This document shows positions 1 through 13,037 of a stretch of 64,000 bases of DNA, one piece after another (position 1 is the first letter of the stretch; every line of letters begins with the position of its first letter). The stretch covers positions 646,773 to 710,772 of the forward strand of contig MU054122.1 of NCBI GenBank assembly GCA_013239625.1. Direction: 5' to 3'. The notes below the pieces were generated by a model. It saw only the letters and a list, made by a program, of their open reading frames with translations. It searched no databases and was not told where the DNA came from. Position numbers and translations under genes: made by a program. Origin of the DNA: Lama guanicoe. Lineage: Eukaryota.

Positions 1-1339
1 TGGAGGGAAAATAATCATGGCGCGGAAGGGAACAGTATTGGATCCATGAAGGTTTACATGGTTCAAGGATAAATGTGGTGGTCCGTTCCAATGACCAAAC
101 GATGTCTTGACATCCTCAACTCTACGCTGCCTTCTGGGAGGCCAGCGGAGCTTCCCAGCTGATAGTGACAATGCTTCTTTCTTGGACAGAGGATAGCGGA
201 GTCTGTAAACTTGTCCCCAAGTCTAAACTAGTCTCTGATGCACTATGGAGAACTATGAAGTTCCCCGCCCTGATTTCACCAAATGTACATGGACTAGGGG
301 CTTTGCATTTCATTAAAAATGAACTCTAGCTAAGAATTCATTTTTCACACTGACCGCTGTTACCCTCAGATGTTATGGCTGCCACTGACTGTTTAAAAAA
401 TGTTAAAGTGTCACTTCTTAGATTGCCACTTCCTGTTGAAACAGTGCTGAATTTGCAGTCATCTTCAGTAGCCGAAGTTATATGCTGTGTTGTTTATGTT
501 GACAGAGGAATTTGAATTTTCCTTGGAACACTTTTAACTACTGAGAGAGGTGAAGGAGAATGCGCTAAGACATGATGTTATTCTAAGAAACATATTTTCA
601 ATATTGATTTTTTGGGCGGAAAGTCAGAGGTACAACTGATACAAGTGAGCATCTGAGTTTAAAAAGAGATAATTTATGATTATTAAAAGAATAGTAATTA
701 GCATAAATTTTTCTCCCTTGACTGTAATTAATCCAAATGACACCTACTCATGCCTCTTCTTTGGTGAAGATGGTTCTAAGGGTCACAGGCCCTAACACTG
801 ATTTACACTTGATTCTTACCAGAAGTAAATATTTTATCAATAATTTATTTTTTAAGTTTATAAATGTACTCATTTCACACTTAAAGTTTTAAAATAACTA
901 ATTGTATAAAAATAAAGCTGAAGTTTGTTTTTGCCCTTTTAAACTCCCACTTACAGTCATCAAGTGTTTTATTAGTCACTAATCATAATAACTTATTTGT
1001 TTTGAAATGTTTTTACTCCTGCTCAATACAGTTCAGCAAATTTTTATTGACTTTGTATCTTTAACCTTTAGAGCTATTGCTTCTAATGACTCCCTTTAAA
1101 TTATGTCTTATCAAGTAGTGTGGTGGCTCAGCTTGTTCACTGAGTAAATTTGTCAAGGCCTGAGAAATCCTTAGTAACAAAAATAGTGCTTAAGTGGACA
1201 AATGTTTGGAAAAGAATGTGCTGTTCCTTTCATGTCAAAAAATCATAGCATTAGCACCGTTAGTAAGTCCTTAGTGAGACTTGAGGGTCCCTTCATACCC
1301 CCCAACCTCAATGCCCACGTGTACATGGGAAGACACACG

Positions 1340-1420
1340 GTCCCTCTCTCTCTTCCCCATCTCTTTCTCCCTCTCTCTCTCACAGACACACATACAGATA
1401 CACATATACACGCACACACT
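1340..1420. repeat. Imperfect (CT)n-(CA)n compound microsatellite
   Basis: Directly visible. Confidence 0.85.
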
Positions 1421-1789
1421 ATGTGATTTTAATGAGGAAACATCCTCCTCATTCAGATGACTGACATGTTCACCCACCACACCTCATGGCCACAGGTGAA
1501 ATACTTTAGTCTAACCAATCACATTGATCAGTTCAATAACGTTGGGGGAAAGAACAGCTTAAAAATCTTGGATTCAGACCCCCCTCATGGTCAAATGAGA
1601 CCCTCTTAGCACCAAATTCTAAGCCTGGCGATCTGGGTTGCAGTGACTTGTTGGCCTCTTATAAAATAACAGGATTGGACCATTGTACTTTTAGATCCAT
1701 TCGATTTTATGATATGTGTATGTTTTATAATTAGCATATTGTGTGTGGCCTCTAGAAAGTGACAGCAGCCATAAAGTTAAGAAATTGGC

Positions 1790-1975
1790 ATGAATTTCTG
1801 CTCTGCCCATTACAAACAATGTAGTTAAATTTGGGTGTCATTTCACCCCTTGGGGTTCAGTTTCCATGTTTATAAAATGGGATTATAATCCCTATCTCTC
1901 AACTCCCCCCGCTGAGGATTAAATGAGATAATGTGTGAAAGTGCTTACTTAGCCCTGTAATGAGTAATGGCTATT
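1790..1975 (+). mobile_element. MIR SINE (other MIR-like remnants near 5010-5200, 13975-14135, 15790-15910, 16860-17030, 17220-17410, 17570-17750, 39990-40140, 54080-54200)
   Basis: Core motif tcagtttcc..tttataaaatgggattataat...gaggattaaatgagataatgtgtgaaagtgctt. Confidence 0.7.
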
Positions 1976-2120
1976 ATTCTGAAATGGTAAAAATGACTTA
2001 GGATTCATATCCAGGAAAATACAAAGACACAGAGCCTTCTCTGCCTCTGTATTTTGTGCACCCTGCTACCTATTGCTATCTTGAAGTTCCATGGGTGAAA
2101 TAGACCTCCAATAAGAGAAC

Positions 2121-2322
2121 ATTTTAATTTTATTTTTAAATTTTAACTTTAAATAAAATTTCAAAGATTTTAAATTTAAATAAAAGTTTAAATTTAATAA
2201 ACATTAAAAAGATAAAAGTAAATGTAATTTTTAATTTAAATAAAAATTTAAACATTTAAATAGAAATAAAATTAACAGAAAAGTTAAATTTTAAATAAAT
2301 TTTAAAAATTTAATTTTTAATA
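2121..2322. repeat. Almost pure A/T low-complexity tract built from TTTAAA/AAATTT units
   Basis: Directly visible. Confidence 0.85.
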
Positions 2323-3241
2323 GCTCATACAACTTAATAACAAAAACAAACAAACAAACAACTCAATACAAAAGTGGGCAGAGGATCTAAACAAGCAATT
2401 CTCCAATGAAGACATACAAATGGCCAATAAACATATGAAAAAATGCTCAATATCACTAATTATCAGAGAAATGCAAATCAAAACTGCAGTGAGGTATCAC
2501 CTCACACCAGTCAGAATGGCCATCATTCAAAAGTCCATGAATGATAAATGCTGGAGAGGGTGTGGAGAAAAGGGAACCTTCCTACACTGCTGTTGGGAAT
2601 GTAGTTTGGTGCAGCCATTATGGAAAACAGTCTGGAAAAACTAAAAATAGATTAACCATATGACCAGCAATCCCACTCCTGGGTATATATCCAGAGGGAA
2701 CTCTAATGTGAAAAGATACATGCACCCCAATGTTCATAGCAGCACTATTTACAATAGCCAAGACATGGAAGCAACCTAAATGTCCATCAACAGATGGCTG
2801 GATAAAGAAGTTGTGGTATATTTATACAATGGAATACTACTCAGCCATAAAAAAGAATAAGGAATAAGGTAATGCCATTTGCAGCAACATGGATGGACCT
2901 AGAGATCATCATACTAAGTGAAGTAAGTCAGAAAGAGAAAGAAAAATACCATATGATATTATTTATATGTGGAGTCTAAGGGAAAAACGAAACCCACACT
3001 GAACTCATCTACAAAACAGAAATAGACTTGCAGACATAGCAAACAATTTTATGGTTACCAAGGAAAGGGGATGGGAAGGGACAAATTTGGGAGTTTGAGA
3101 TTTACAAATATTAGCCACTATATATAAAAATAGTTTTTAAAAACTTTCTTCTATAGAGCACAGGGAACTATGTTCAGTATCTTGTAATAACCTTTAATGA
3201 AAAAGAATATGAAAATGAATATATGTATGTATATGCATGAC
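2323..3241 (+). mobile_element. LINE-1 fragment (ORF2 C-terminus plus 3' UTR), lacking the last ~60 nt and poly(A)
   Basis: ORF 2420-2644 [36 protein letters not shown]...[18 protein letters not shown] is the L1 ORF2p C-terminal region, followed by a typical 3' UTR. Confidence 0.92.
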
Positions 3242-3304
3242 TTTTAAATTTTAAAAAATTTAAAAATAAAAAAATTTAATTTTAAATAAACCAACTTATT
3301 GCAG

Positions 3305-3885
3305 GTAACGAAGACAAGCATGTGTATATGACCAGTCTGCAACAAATAAAAACTGTGACGGACCAAGTGAGGCAAAATGAAGAAAACCTGACACCCCCGC
3401 AGCCAGCCAAAAGGATCCAGTTGTCACGACCACCAGGAGCCACGACATGGCGCCCTGCTCCTGATCTGGAGGGACCCCAGGAGCCCACCTTTGACTCAGG
3501 AATCCTGAAAGCCATGTCCCAGCAGGACATCCGCGCACAAGTCTTCCTGTGGACCTTTCTGCTGTGGTCTGACACTGTAGAAATGGTCCGGGTGGCCGGG
3601 CATCCCAATGTGTACAAGTCAGGCTGGGTCTACCCAGTCTACCTGTTCAGTTTCATTTCTCTTCTTAGAATGATATTCACTTCTCAGAACCCACTTCTGA
3701 ATTCCCTGGGCATCCTGCTCCAGGATCTGCCCTTTATCTTTGTTAGACTTTGTTTAATCATTGCCCTGGGAACTATCACACCTGTATTGGGCCTTTGTAA
3801 AAACGTACTCGTGACTCTCTCTTATGTTTACTTCAATTACTTAACCAAATTCAGGATTTTCTCATCCTTTGAAACGTCTTTTTAA
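3305..3885 (+). CDS. TMEM236: TMEM236 last coding exon (C-terminal transmembrane region); upstream exons not recognised in the window
   Basis: ttattgcAG acceptor at 3303-3304. Phase-1 open frame (x)GT-AAC-GAA...[14 protein letters not shown]...[42 protein letters not shown]...[30 protein letters not shown]...FETSF-TAA matches the recalled TMEM236 C-terminus. TMEM236 is the known upstream neighbour of MRC1. Confidence 0.93.
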
Positions 3886-6189
3886 AAAGAGAATGTAATG
3901 TAGTCAAACCTCTTTGTGTTGCACATTGCACACGTGTAATCTCTTTTGGGGGCAGGCATAAGTTTTTGTCACTATACAAAGAAATGAATAGATAGTGGAG
4001 AAAGAACTGTTTTTTTTAAAAACTGTAGCCGGTCAATTTTTACAATGTATATACATGGTGCTAACTTTAGGCAAAGTTACAGTCTTATAAGTTAGCTTTC
4101 CTCGATCTCTAGAAAATGTTAGTAGTTAATTTTAGTTATGTATTCTGCACTTTTTCTAAAAACGCTCTTCAATTGAGCCTTCTAAAAAATAAGAACATGT
4201 TTTCCCACTAAGTTAGTCCAAGAATGAGATTGTTTTTATCATTTATATAAAGAGCATTATAAGAATTAATTAGTTAAAATTAATTTTTAAGAAGTATACT
4301 TGTAATTATTGAATAATTTTTAGATTCTACTTTTAAAAATTTGAATTGTAGTTTTAGGGTCTCCTTCAAATATGGAATTATGCTCTTTATTCCACTGTGG
4401 CAAGTGGCTTTTATGTAATCAATTGATTTCAGCATAGAAAGCAATTTAGTTTAACGGACATTTGGCTCAATTTAATATCATGAAGTCAAGGTACACCCGT
4501 AAACTCTAGATAACATTTTATCATAGGAAGCCCTAATTTGAAGAGGGAGATTTCACAGTAAAAGAATATTTTAGTTGTGGAATATTATACCATCATGAAA
4601 ATAATCAGGAGCAAATCCTGTTTAAACTTAGAAGATCAACTTACTGATCTAACAGCCAATGCATTAGTGTCTTATGTGATACTATACAGTGGTTATCCTG
4701 ATGTTAAATAATTAGACCCAGAATTATGTAATTTGCTTTCACTATGTTAGGACATTCTCAGGTATTCATAGTGAGGGCTCTTCCTTTTATGTAAATTTTC
4801 AGTTGCTAGAAAGAGGCTTGTGCATGCAGGGGAATGTTTTATGTAGCCAATCTTTTCCGTAATCTGTGGTAACAAACAGGATGGATAACTGAACTTGCCT
4901 GCCACCCCTTTTCTCCACCAAGTCCCCCAGTCTCACTCCCCTCATATGCTTTATGGTTTCTCCTCACACCACAAAAGAAGGTCTATTCCCAGTTGTTAAT
5001 AGCTTAACTTCTAGCTTTATGATTTGGGGTAAATTCTTTGACTACTGTAAATCCTAGTTTCCACATCTAAAAGATGAGCATCTTAATAGTACTTTCATAG
5101 AGTTATATGGTACTTTCATAGGGGTAAGAGGAGTAAGTGAGCTAGGGAATGTTCTCATTACATTGTCTGACAAACTATAATAACCTGATAAGTGCTAAGT
5201 ATTTTAATTGTACCAAATCCCTACAGAGAAACAGGTAGCTAAATGCAGTATTTTAATTTTCCTGTTTTATTCTTTTATGTGTCCCTGCCGACACTCTGGG
5301 AATAACAGTTTAAACCTTGCAGTTGTGAAAAGTAATATATAAAATCTTAAGGTTACCTCATATATAATTTTCCATCAAGTAGTGTTATGTTCAGAAGTGA
5401 GCCATCTACTGAACATATGGATTAAAGCTGATCTAAGTATTCAATCATCAGACACTGGAGTGGCCCTCCCATGAGTTCTCATAGAGCCTTAACTATAGCA
5501 CTTTTTTAAGACTTTCATTAAGGGTTTACTTTTCTGAGTTCCCCATTCATCTTTAAATTCCTTAAAGAAAGGCCCAAGAATATCGTATTTAACAACGTGT
5601 CTTTATCTTCCTGTCATTTCAACAGAAACTTAAAATATTTATAATTCTCAAAAAATTATAATATAAATAATTTTTTAAAGCACACCATGATAATCTTTAT
5701 TAATAACCTATAACCAAGTAATTGATTTTTAATATTTATAAATATGAAAACACTTTACATACATTTGTTTTTGTCTTTATATTGGAACTTAAAGAGTGAA
5801 CAGTACTCAGATAAGCTAAAAAGTATTACTTGTTTGAGTTTAGAATGCATTTTGTATCTTATATATTTGAATATGAATATGCCTGATATTTTGGGAAGTC
5901 ACAACACTTTGTATAAATAATGAAGGCATGTACAAAATTATTAAGTATCTAATTTAATTTAATAGTTTATTTTAAGAGTCTGCACATGTTTATAAAGTTC
6001 AAGCCTATGGTACTTAATTGGCATTGCAGCAAATTATGCTAATGGAACATTGGAGTTCTACACTGTGGGATTAAAAAGTATATTATTAAAATTATATTGC
6101 ACTTCTCATAGCTTCTAATGGTTCTTGTTCTTAAAACTCATGTAACTTTTGTGTTCTTATAAAAAGTTACAAGTTTAACTTTACATATA

Positions 6190-7179
6190 GATGAAAAATA
6201 AATGGATGAAGAAAAATATACCATGCTAACACTAATCAAAAGAAAGCAGAGGTAGTTATATTAATTTCAGACAGAAACAGACTTCAAAGAAAGGAAATTT
6301 TTCAAGGATTAAGAAAGGGATCATTACATAATAATAAAGGAGTCAATTCTCTAAGGAACATAACAATCCTTAATGTGTATGCACCTAATAACACAGCATC
6401 ACACTACATTAGACAAAAACTAATCGAACTGCAAGGGGAAACAGGTGAAGCCACTATGACAGTTGGAAATTTCAACACCCCTCTCTCAGAAGTGGACAGT
6501 CCCAGCAGGCAGGAAGTCAGTAAAGACATAGTTGAACTCAACAACACTGTCAATCAATTGGGTACAATTGACACCCATAGTCTCCTTCGTCTGACAACAG
6601 CAGAATACATATTCTCCTCAAGCTCATAAGGAACACTGACGCAGATAAACCACATTCTGGGGCATAAAACACAATTTAACAAAGTTAAAAAAATAAAAAT
6701 AATATGCTGTCTGTTCTTGTAACATAATGGTATTAAATTAGAAATCAGTAAATGAAAGATAATAGAAAAAATCCCCAATTACATGGAGATGAAATAACAC
6801 TTCTAAAACACATGGGTCAAAGAAGAAATATCAAGCAAAATTAAGATATATTTTGGGGTAAATAAAAATGAAAACAAAACTTACCAAAATGTATGGGTTG
6901 TAGCAAAGGCAGTGTTTAGAGGGAAACATACCACTAAATGTATATATTAGAAAAGAAAGACCTATAGTCGATAAATTAAGCATCCACCCTGGGAAACTAG
7001 AAAAAGAAGAGCAAATCAAATCTCATGTAAGGTGCAGAAAAGAAATAAAAAGAATTGGAGCAGAAATCAGTGAAGTTGAAAACAGGAAATCAAGAAAGGA
7101 AATCAGCAAAACCAAAAGCTGGTTCTTCAAAAAGATCAATAAAATTGACATGGGTCTAGCCAGGCATCCTAAAAAAAAA

Positions 7180-7212
<33 letters not shown>

Positions 7213-7672
7213 AGACACAAATTAGTAATATCAGAAATTAAAGAGAGGATATCTATCACCATAGATCTCAATGAAATTTAAAAAATAACAAATGAATACT
7301 ATGAACAGTTCTATATCCACAAATTAAATAACCTAGATGAAACAGATCAATTCCATGAAAGAAACAATTTGTCGAAGCTCACACAGGAAGAAATAGATAA
7401 TCTGATCAGGCCTATGCATATTAAAGAAATTGAATCAATAATTAATAACCTTCCAAAACAGAAAAGACCAGGTACAAATGGGGTCACTGGTGAATTCTAC
7501 GTAATATTTAAGGAAGAAATTACATCAATTCTTTGCAGTCTCTTTTCAGAGCATAAAAGAGGAGAGAATACTAACTCATTCCAAGAGGTCAGCATTACCC
7601 TAATTCTAAAATCAAATACATTACAAGAAAACTACAGACCAGTATCTCTCATGGACACTGATGCAAAAATCT
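6190..7672 (+). mobile_element. Degraded LINE-1 ORF2 (endonuclease region and downstream)
   Basis: ORF fragments YAPNNTASHYIRQKLIELQGE...VGNFNTPLS and KLTQEEIDNLIRP...RPVSLMDTDAKI. Internal A17(GA)n tract at 7170-7212. Confidence 0.9.
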
Positions 7673-7689
7673 AAATGGAAAACACAAAT

Positions 7690-8045
7690 GATCTTAGCTA
7701 TTGTAAATAGTGCTGCTACGAACAGTGAGGTGCATGTATCTTTTCAGGGTAAAGATTTCTCTGGATGTCTGCCCTGGAGTGGGATGGCTGGATCATATGG
7801 TAACTCTAGTTTTTAAAGGAAACGTCACACTGTTCTCCATAGTGGCTGCTCCAAATTACATTCCCACCAACAGTGCAAAGGGTTCCCTTTTCCCCACACC
7901 CTCTCCAGCATTGATCATTTGTGAACTTTTTAATGATGGCCATTCTGACCTGTGGGAGGTGATACCTCATTGTAGTTTGGATTTGCATTTCTCTGATAAT
8001 TAGCAATGTTGAGCATCTTTCCATGTGCCTATTGGCCTATCTGTC
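7690..8045 (-). mobile_element. LINE-1 ORF2 C-terminal fragment
   Basis: Minus-strand [36 protein letters not shown]...CWRGCGEKG. Confidence 0.88.
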
Positions 8046-8190
8046 TTCTCAATGCCAAAATTTTTTATTGCTGTAAGATAATTATCTTCTATTAAATTGC
8101 AAATGCATTATTGATGTTTTGACATATCTTGATAAGGACTGGAAAATGTGAGGAATAAGAACATAAAGAAACCTAGTTTCTATTTGTTTG

Positions 8191-8322
8191 GGTTTTTTTT
8201 TCTCTTCTCTCTCTTTTTTTTTTCTTTTCTTTCTCTCTCTCTTTTTTTCTATTGGACGTACTGGGGATTGAATCCAAGACCTTAAGCATGCTAAGGATGC
8301 ACAATACCACTGAGCCTTTCCC
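8191..8322 (-). mobile_element. tRNA-derived SINE, Vic-1-like (camelid)
   Basis: Minus strand reads GGGAAAGGCTCAGTGGTATTGTGCATCCTTAGCATGCTTAAGGTCTTGGATTCAATCCCCAGTACGTCC plus an A/GA-rich tail. Pol III A and B boxes are present. Confidence 0.8.
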
Positions 8323-8794
8323 ATTAATTTTCTGTTTTTTTTTTAATTTTAAGTTTTAACTTAACTGCATCATTGTATCTTCGTCCTTCTGAATCAATTA
8401 TCTTGATACAGTTTGAGCAAATTTGCCCATTAAAAGAGAGAGAAAACAAACTTCTGAATCCATCACCAGTTTTCACTATGAGAAATGATAGAACAGGTTA
8501 CCAAAGAATTTTTTAAGTTAATTTTCTTGGAACTGTTTCAGAACAAAGGAGTCACTAAGTTCATCTTACATGAAACTGAGTGGGTGTGAGGAACGTGATG
8601 TTTGAGAAAAAGTCTAAGAGGAAATGAAATAGTTCAGCAATTGTCCTACCAATTAAAAAAATGAGGGTTTTCTTTTTTATAAAATCCTTCTTTAGCTTAA
8701 AGGAAGTGCTTGTTAAAAATAACCACCATCATCCATAGCTAAGCAAAAACCAGAACTGAAACTTAGTTGAAGAGTATAAGAGAATGCCAAGAGT

Positions 8795-10830
8795 TGGATT
8801 TTATTTTAATGTAAAATATACACAACAAAATTTACCATTTTAACCATTTTTCATGTACAATTCAGTGGCTTCAAGTATATTCACAATGTGGTGCAACTAT
8901 GACCACTATTTCAGAATTTTGTGTCATCCCAAACAGAAACTCTGAACCCACTAAACAATGATACTCATTCTCCCCTCCCCCACCAGACTCTGGTAACCTC
9001 TGTTCTCCGTGTCACTAAGAATTGCCTATTCTATGTACATCATATAAGTGGAATTATACAACATTTGTCTTTTTGTGTCTGTATTATTTCAGGATTGTGC
9101 ATGTTGTAGCAGGTGTCAGAATTCCTTTTTATAGCTGAATAATATTCCACTGTGTACACATACGATATTTTGCATATCCATTCATCTGCTAATAGACCCG
9201 TGTGTTGTTTTTACCTTTTGGCTATGCATAATGCTGCTATGAACACTCATGTACAAATATTTGTCTAAGTCTCTGTTTTCAATTCTTCTGAGTCTATACC
9301 TAGAAGTGGAATTGCTGGATCATATGGCAATTCAATATTTAACTTTTTGAGAACTTGCCAAACTGTCTTCCACAGTGGCTGTACCATATTACATTCCCAC
9401 CTGCATTGCACAAAGGTCCCACTTTTTTCATATCCTCATCAATGCTTGTTATTTTGTTAGTTAGTTAGTTTGTTTGTTTTGATAAAAGCCATCCTAATGG
9501 GTGTACAGTGATGTACTATTGTGGTTTTGTTTGCACTGTTCTAATGACTAGAGATGTTGAGCATCTTTTCACATGTTTATTGGCTGTATATCTTCTTTGG
9601 AGAAATGTCTATTCAAGTCCTTTGCCCATTTTAAAAATTAGTTGCTTTGCTGTTGTTGCTGCTGTTGAGTTGTACTTTTGTATATATTCTAGATATTAAT
9701 TCCTTATCAGGTATATTATTTGCAACTATTTTCTACCATTCTGTGGGTTGTCTTTTCACTCTTTTGATAGTGTCCTTTGAGCAAAAAAGTTTTTAATTTT
9801 GTTGAAGCCCAATTTATCTATTTTTCTTTTTTTGCCTCTGCTTTTAGTGTCATGTCCAAATAAAAAATATCATTGCCAAATCTTATGTCATGAAGAATTT
9901 TCCTGATGTTTTCTTCTAAAAGTTTTATAGTTATAGCTCTCAAATTTAGGTTTTGACCCATTTTGAGTAAATTTTTGTATTTGGGATAATGGAAAGTCCA
10001 ATTCCATTCTTTTATATGTAGATATTCAATTTTCCAAGTACCGTTTTTTAAAAACATTGTCCTTTCTGCATTAAATGTTCTTGGCCCCTCTGTAAAAACA
10101 TCAATTGACCACATGTGTGAGGGTTTATTTCTGGCCTCTCTTTTCTATTCTATTGGTTTTTATGTCTCTCCTGTGCCAATACCATACTCTTTTGAATAGT
10201 GTAGTTTTATAGTAAGTTTGGATATCTAACTTTGTTCTTTTTCAAAATTGCTTTCGCTATACAGGATTTCTTAAGATTTCATATGAACTTGAGGATGAAT
10301 TTTTCTATTTCTGCAAGAAACATCATTGGGATTTTGCTAGGGATTGAACTGAATCTATAGATCTCTTAGGATAGTACTGTGATCTTAACAATATTAGGTT
10401 CTCCATTCTCTGAACATGAGATAGCTTTCCATTTATTTAGGTCTTAATTTCTTTCAGCAATATTTTGTAGTTTTCATCTTGATTAAATTTATTCCTAAGT
10501 ATTTTATTCTTTGTGATGCTATTGTAAATAGCATTGCTTGCTTCATTTCCTTTTAAGATTTTTCATTAATAGTGCATAGAAATTCAGCTGATTTTTGTGT
10601 TTGATTTTGTATCCTTCAACTTTGTTGCATTTGTTTAATACCATTAGCAGTTTTTTGTTTTTGTTTTTGTAGCCACTGTAGGGTTTTCCACACACAAAAT
10701 CATGCCATCTATGCAGGGAAATCATTTTACTTCTTTTTCTACAATTTGGATACTTCAATTTATTTTTTTCTTGCCTAATTGCTTTGGCTGGAACTTTCAG
10801 TACTATGTTGAACAGAAGTGGTGAAAGCAA
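8795..10830 (-). mobile_element. Older LINE-1 (L1MA/MB-like), 3' UTR plus distal ORF2
   Basis: 3' end signature aaaatttaccattttaaccattttt...tacaattcagtggc. Minus-strand ORF2 remnants LSPLLFNIVLKVPAKAIRQEK and IKLLEENI. Confidence 0.88.
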
Positions 10831-11680
10831 TTAAAAGCCGTAATTAGCCTTTAGAACACACAAGTCTGATACTTAGAGGACAAAGTCCACTCCAGCTTCA
10901 GCAAGCTGCACCAAAGACTCAGCCTGCCACCCTGAGCTGCCATGAAGGAAATGGTGAAATTTGTTGAAATTTACCAGCCTCTGCATCCAGGTCTCCACTA
11001 AATACTCTTGAGTTTTTTCGCTAGAGTCTGGAGTTCTGAAATAATTACTTCAGTTTCTGCCAGTTCAGTAGTTGTGGCAGTAGAATGATGGATTTCTACA
11101 GCTTCCTATCCCACCATCTTCTGTGATGTAACTTCTGTGATAGAGCTGTATTTCTTTTCTTTTCTCTCTCTTTTTTTCCCTTGATCGCCTCTTTTTTGCC
11201 TGATAAATCTTTGTTTCAATAAGAGGTAAAGGTTATGGGATAAATTCTTTGTGAAACAGTTGACCTCCTTTTGTTTCAAAGTCACAGATTCTACCACTGA
11301 TCCTGGTTGGCCTTATGACACATTTGTGTAATTAAAAAAAACCCTGATTGTGAGTGTAGGTAGAATTCAGTTAAGTTTTATTTGCTTCTGAGATTAATAT
11401 GAATCCAAATTAGGACAAAAATTTTGAATTTGTATAATTGATTTACATTTGAAAACCATGAATATCTCATTTATAACTTTTTTTTCTCATGACCAATCAG
11501 TGAAGCCATGTTTTAGAAAAAAATATTTTTGTTTCATCTGCTTGTTTTGTAACCAACTTTTTCAGGTCAGAGAAGGACTGACTTAATGAAAAAGAAACAT
11601 TTGTCCTGCGTCCTACATTTTCACCATCTTTTTCATCCTGTCAAAATAATCTTAAATTTAGAATGTTAAAAAAAAATCAG

Positions 11681-11737
11681 TACACCAGAAATTGATACAA
11701 CATTGTAAACTGACTATATACTTCAATTTAAAAAAAA
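11681..11737 (+). mobile_element. Very short 5'-truncated L1 3' tail
   Basis: tacaccagaaattgatacaacattgtaaactgactatatacttcaatttaaaaaaaa matches the L1 terminus at 43071-43103 in this window. Confidence 0.75.
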
Positions 11738-12579
11738 TATCATATTTCTTATTAGGAACAGAGTTTATAACATTATCACAAAGATGATAAATCTTGGAGC
11801 TTTTGACCTGAAGGTAAACTATTCATTTAAATTTTCAAAAAATACAATGTTTCCAGCAGCTTCTTTTTGACTGGCAAACATTTCCCCCACTCCAGTTGTG
11901 GGCTGGCTGGCTAGTTACTAATATCTGCTTTAAAATGTTCTGAATGCATGTTTGACTTCTGAAAAGTAACAAAATAGATGTTTAGGGTTACTAGTGTGCT
12001 TAACGAGAGGTCTGCTCCCTCTTCTCTTAAAGAAAGAATTCCATTTATTATGGAATAAGTATTCATCTTTTTGACGTAACGAGCAGATTTTCTCCTAGCA
12101 AGAGGACCTAGCGACCTTGGAGAGGATCGCTACCGTTGAGGCTGGGTGGTGAGGCTTCATTGCAAATCCTGCCACTGTTTTTCTCAGTTCTCTAGAGAAC
12201 TTTCTAGAGAAAGGCTTCTAGAACTTTCTCCCACCTGTTATTACTGAGATTCTTTCTTAGTTTTAGCCTCTATTTCACTCTTCTTTTAGCTGAGAAGAAA
12301 GCTCCATGTGAAGTTTCTTTTGAAGCTTTCTAAGAAAAAAAAAAAAAAGAGCCTCTAAGTTGAGTATGGAGAATGAGGGTGACCTGTCTCAGCCCTTAAA
12401 ATGTTTCCACCATAAATCTCTCCTTTTTAGTTCCTGCCATTTCCACCACTTTCAATGGGGGTTTGTCTGCCGAGGGTCCCCCCCAATCAGCTGCTTCCCC
12501 AGAGAAAACCTCACTTTTCCAGCCCAGGTGATGGCCTCCAGTTTCCTCTCCATGCAGCACCATCTGAGAAGAGCCGGGA

Positions 12580-12976
12580 GGTCCAAGGCGGTTCCACTTC
12601 TCTCCTTCCCAGCAGGCCAGCCCTCACTCTGGAGTCTCACCGCCACCCTCTCACCTCCCCCTTCCTCAGCCCTCTCCCACACGTGTCCCTCTGTCCCTTC
12701 CTCTGTGTCTGCTCTGCTCAGAAGTTAGCTTACAAAGCAAAGTTGTAGCTTTGAATTCCTGTTTTTCCAACCACCCTCATGTGACAGGATATCTCCTTAT
12801 TGGAGGTTTTCCCTAATTTCAGAAGCCCTTTAAAAGGGAGAGCTTCCTCCACCCATCTTTTCAGCAGGGCATTTCTGAGAAGGGACGAGGGGAAGGGTGA
12901 GCCTGGGAGCTCATTGTCTTGGTTCTCCGGTCCTCCCTCCTTTCCATCAGTGGAAGAAGAGGATAAACTCTGGGCC
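12580..12976 (+). promoter_or_regulatory. MRC1: MRC1 proximal promoter and 5' UTR
   Basis: TATA-like TTTAAAA at 12829-12835, about 145 nt before the ATG. ETS/PU.1-like cores: GCTTCCTC near 12842 and TTCCTG near 12756. CT-rich tract upstream. No ATG between the TATA-like box and the start codon. TSS inferred near 12860. Confidence 0.7.
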
Positions 12977-13037
12977 ATGAGGCTGTCTCTGCTGCTGGCT
13001 TTCCTTCCTCTCGTTCCGGTGGCTATGCAGCTCTTGG
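12977..13037 (+). CDS. MRC1: MRC1 exon 1 coding part (signal peptide MRLSLLLAFLPLVPVAMQLL), 61 nt
   Basis: Kozak-like GCCATGA, hydrophobic signal peptide, donor G|gtaagt at 13038. Phase 1 joins exon 2 as D-T-R-Q-F. Confidence 0.95.

Noticed and set aside
1..330. Relatively CpG-rich start of the window as a TMEM236 exon or viral insert
   Set aside because: The three forward frames and the listed minus-strand ORF gave nothing recognisable, and no convincing splice-site pair was seen. A database search would be needed.
3886..6200. TMEM236 polyadenylation site
   Set aside because: Several ATTAAA/AATAAA-like hexamers lie in AT-rich DNA, and none can be singled out without 3'-end data.
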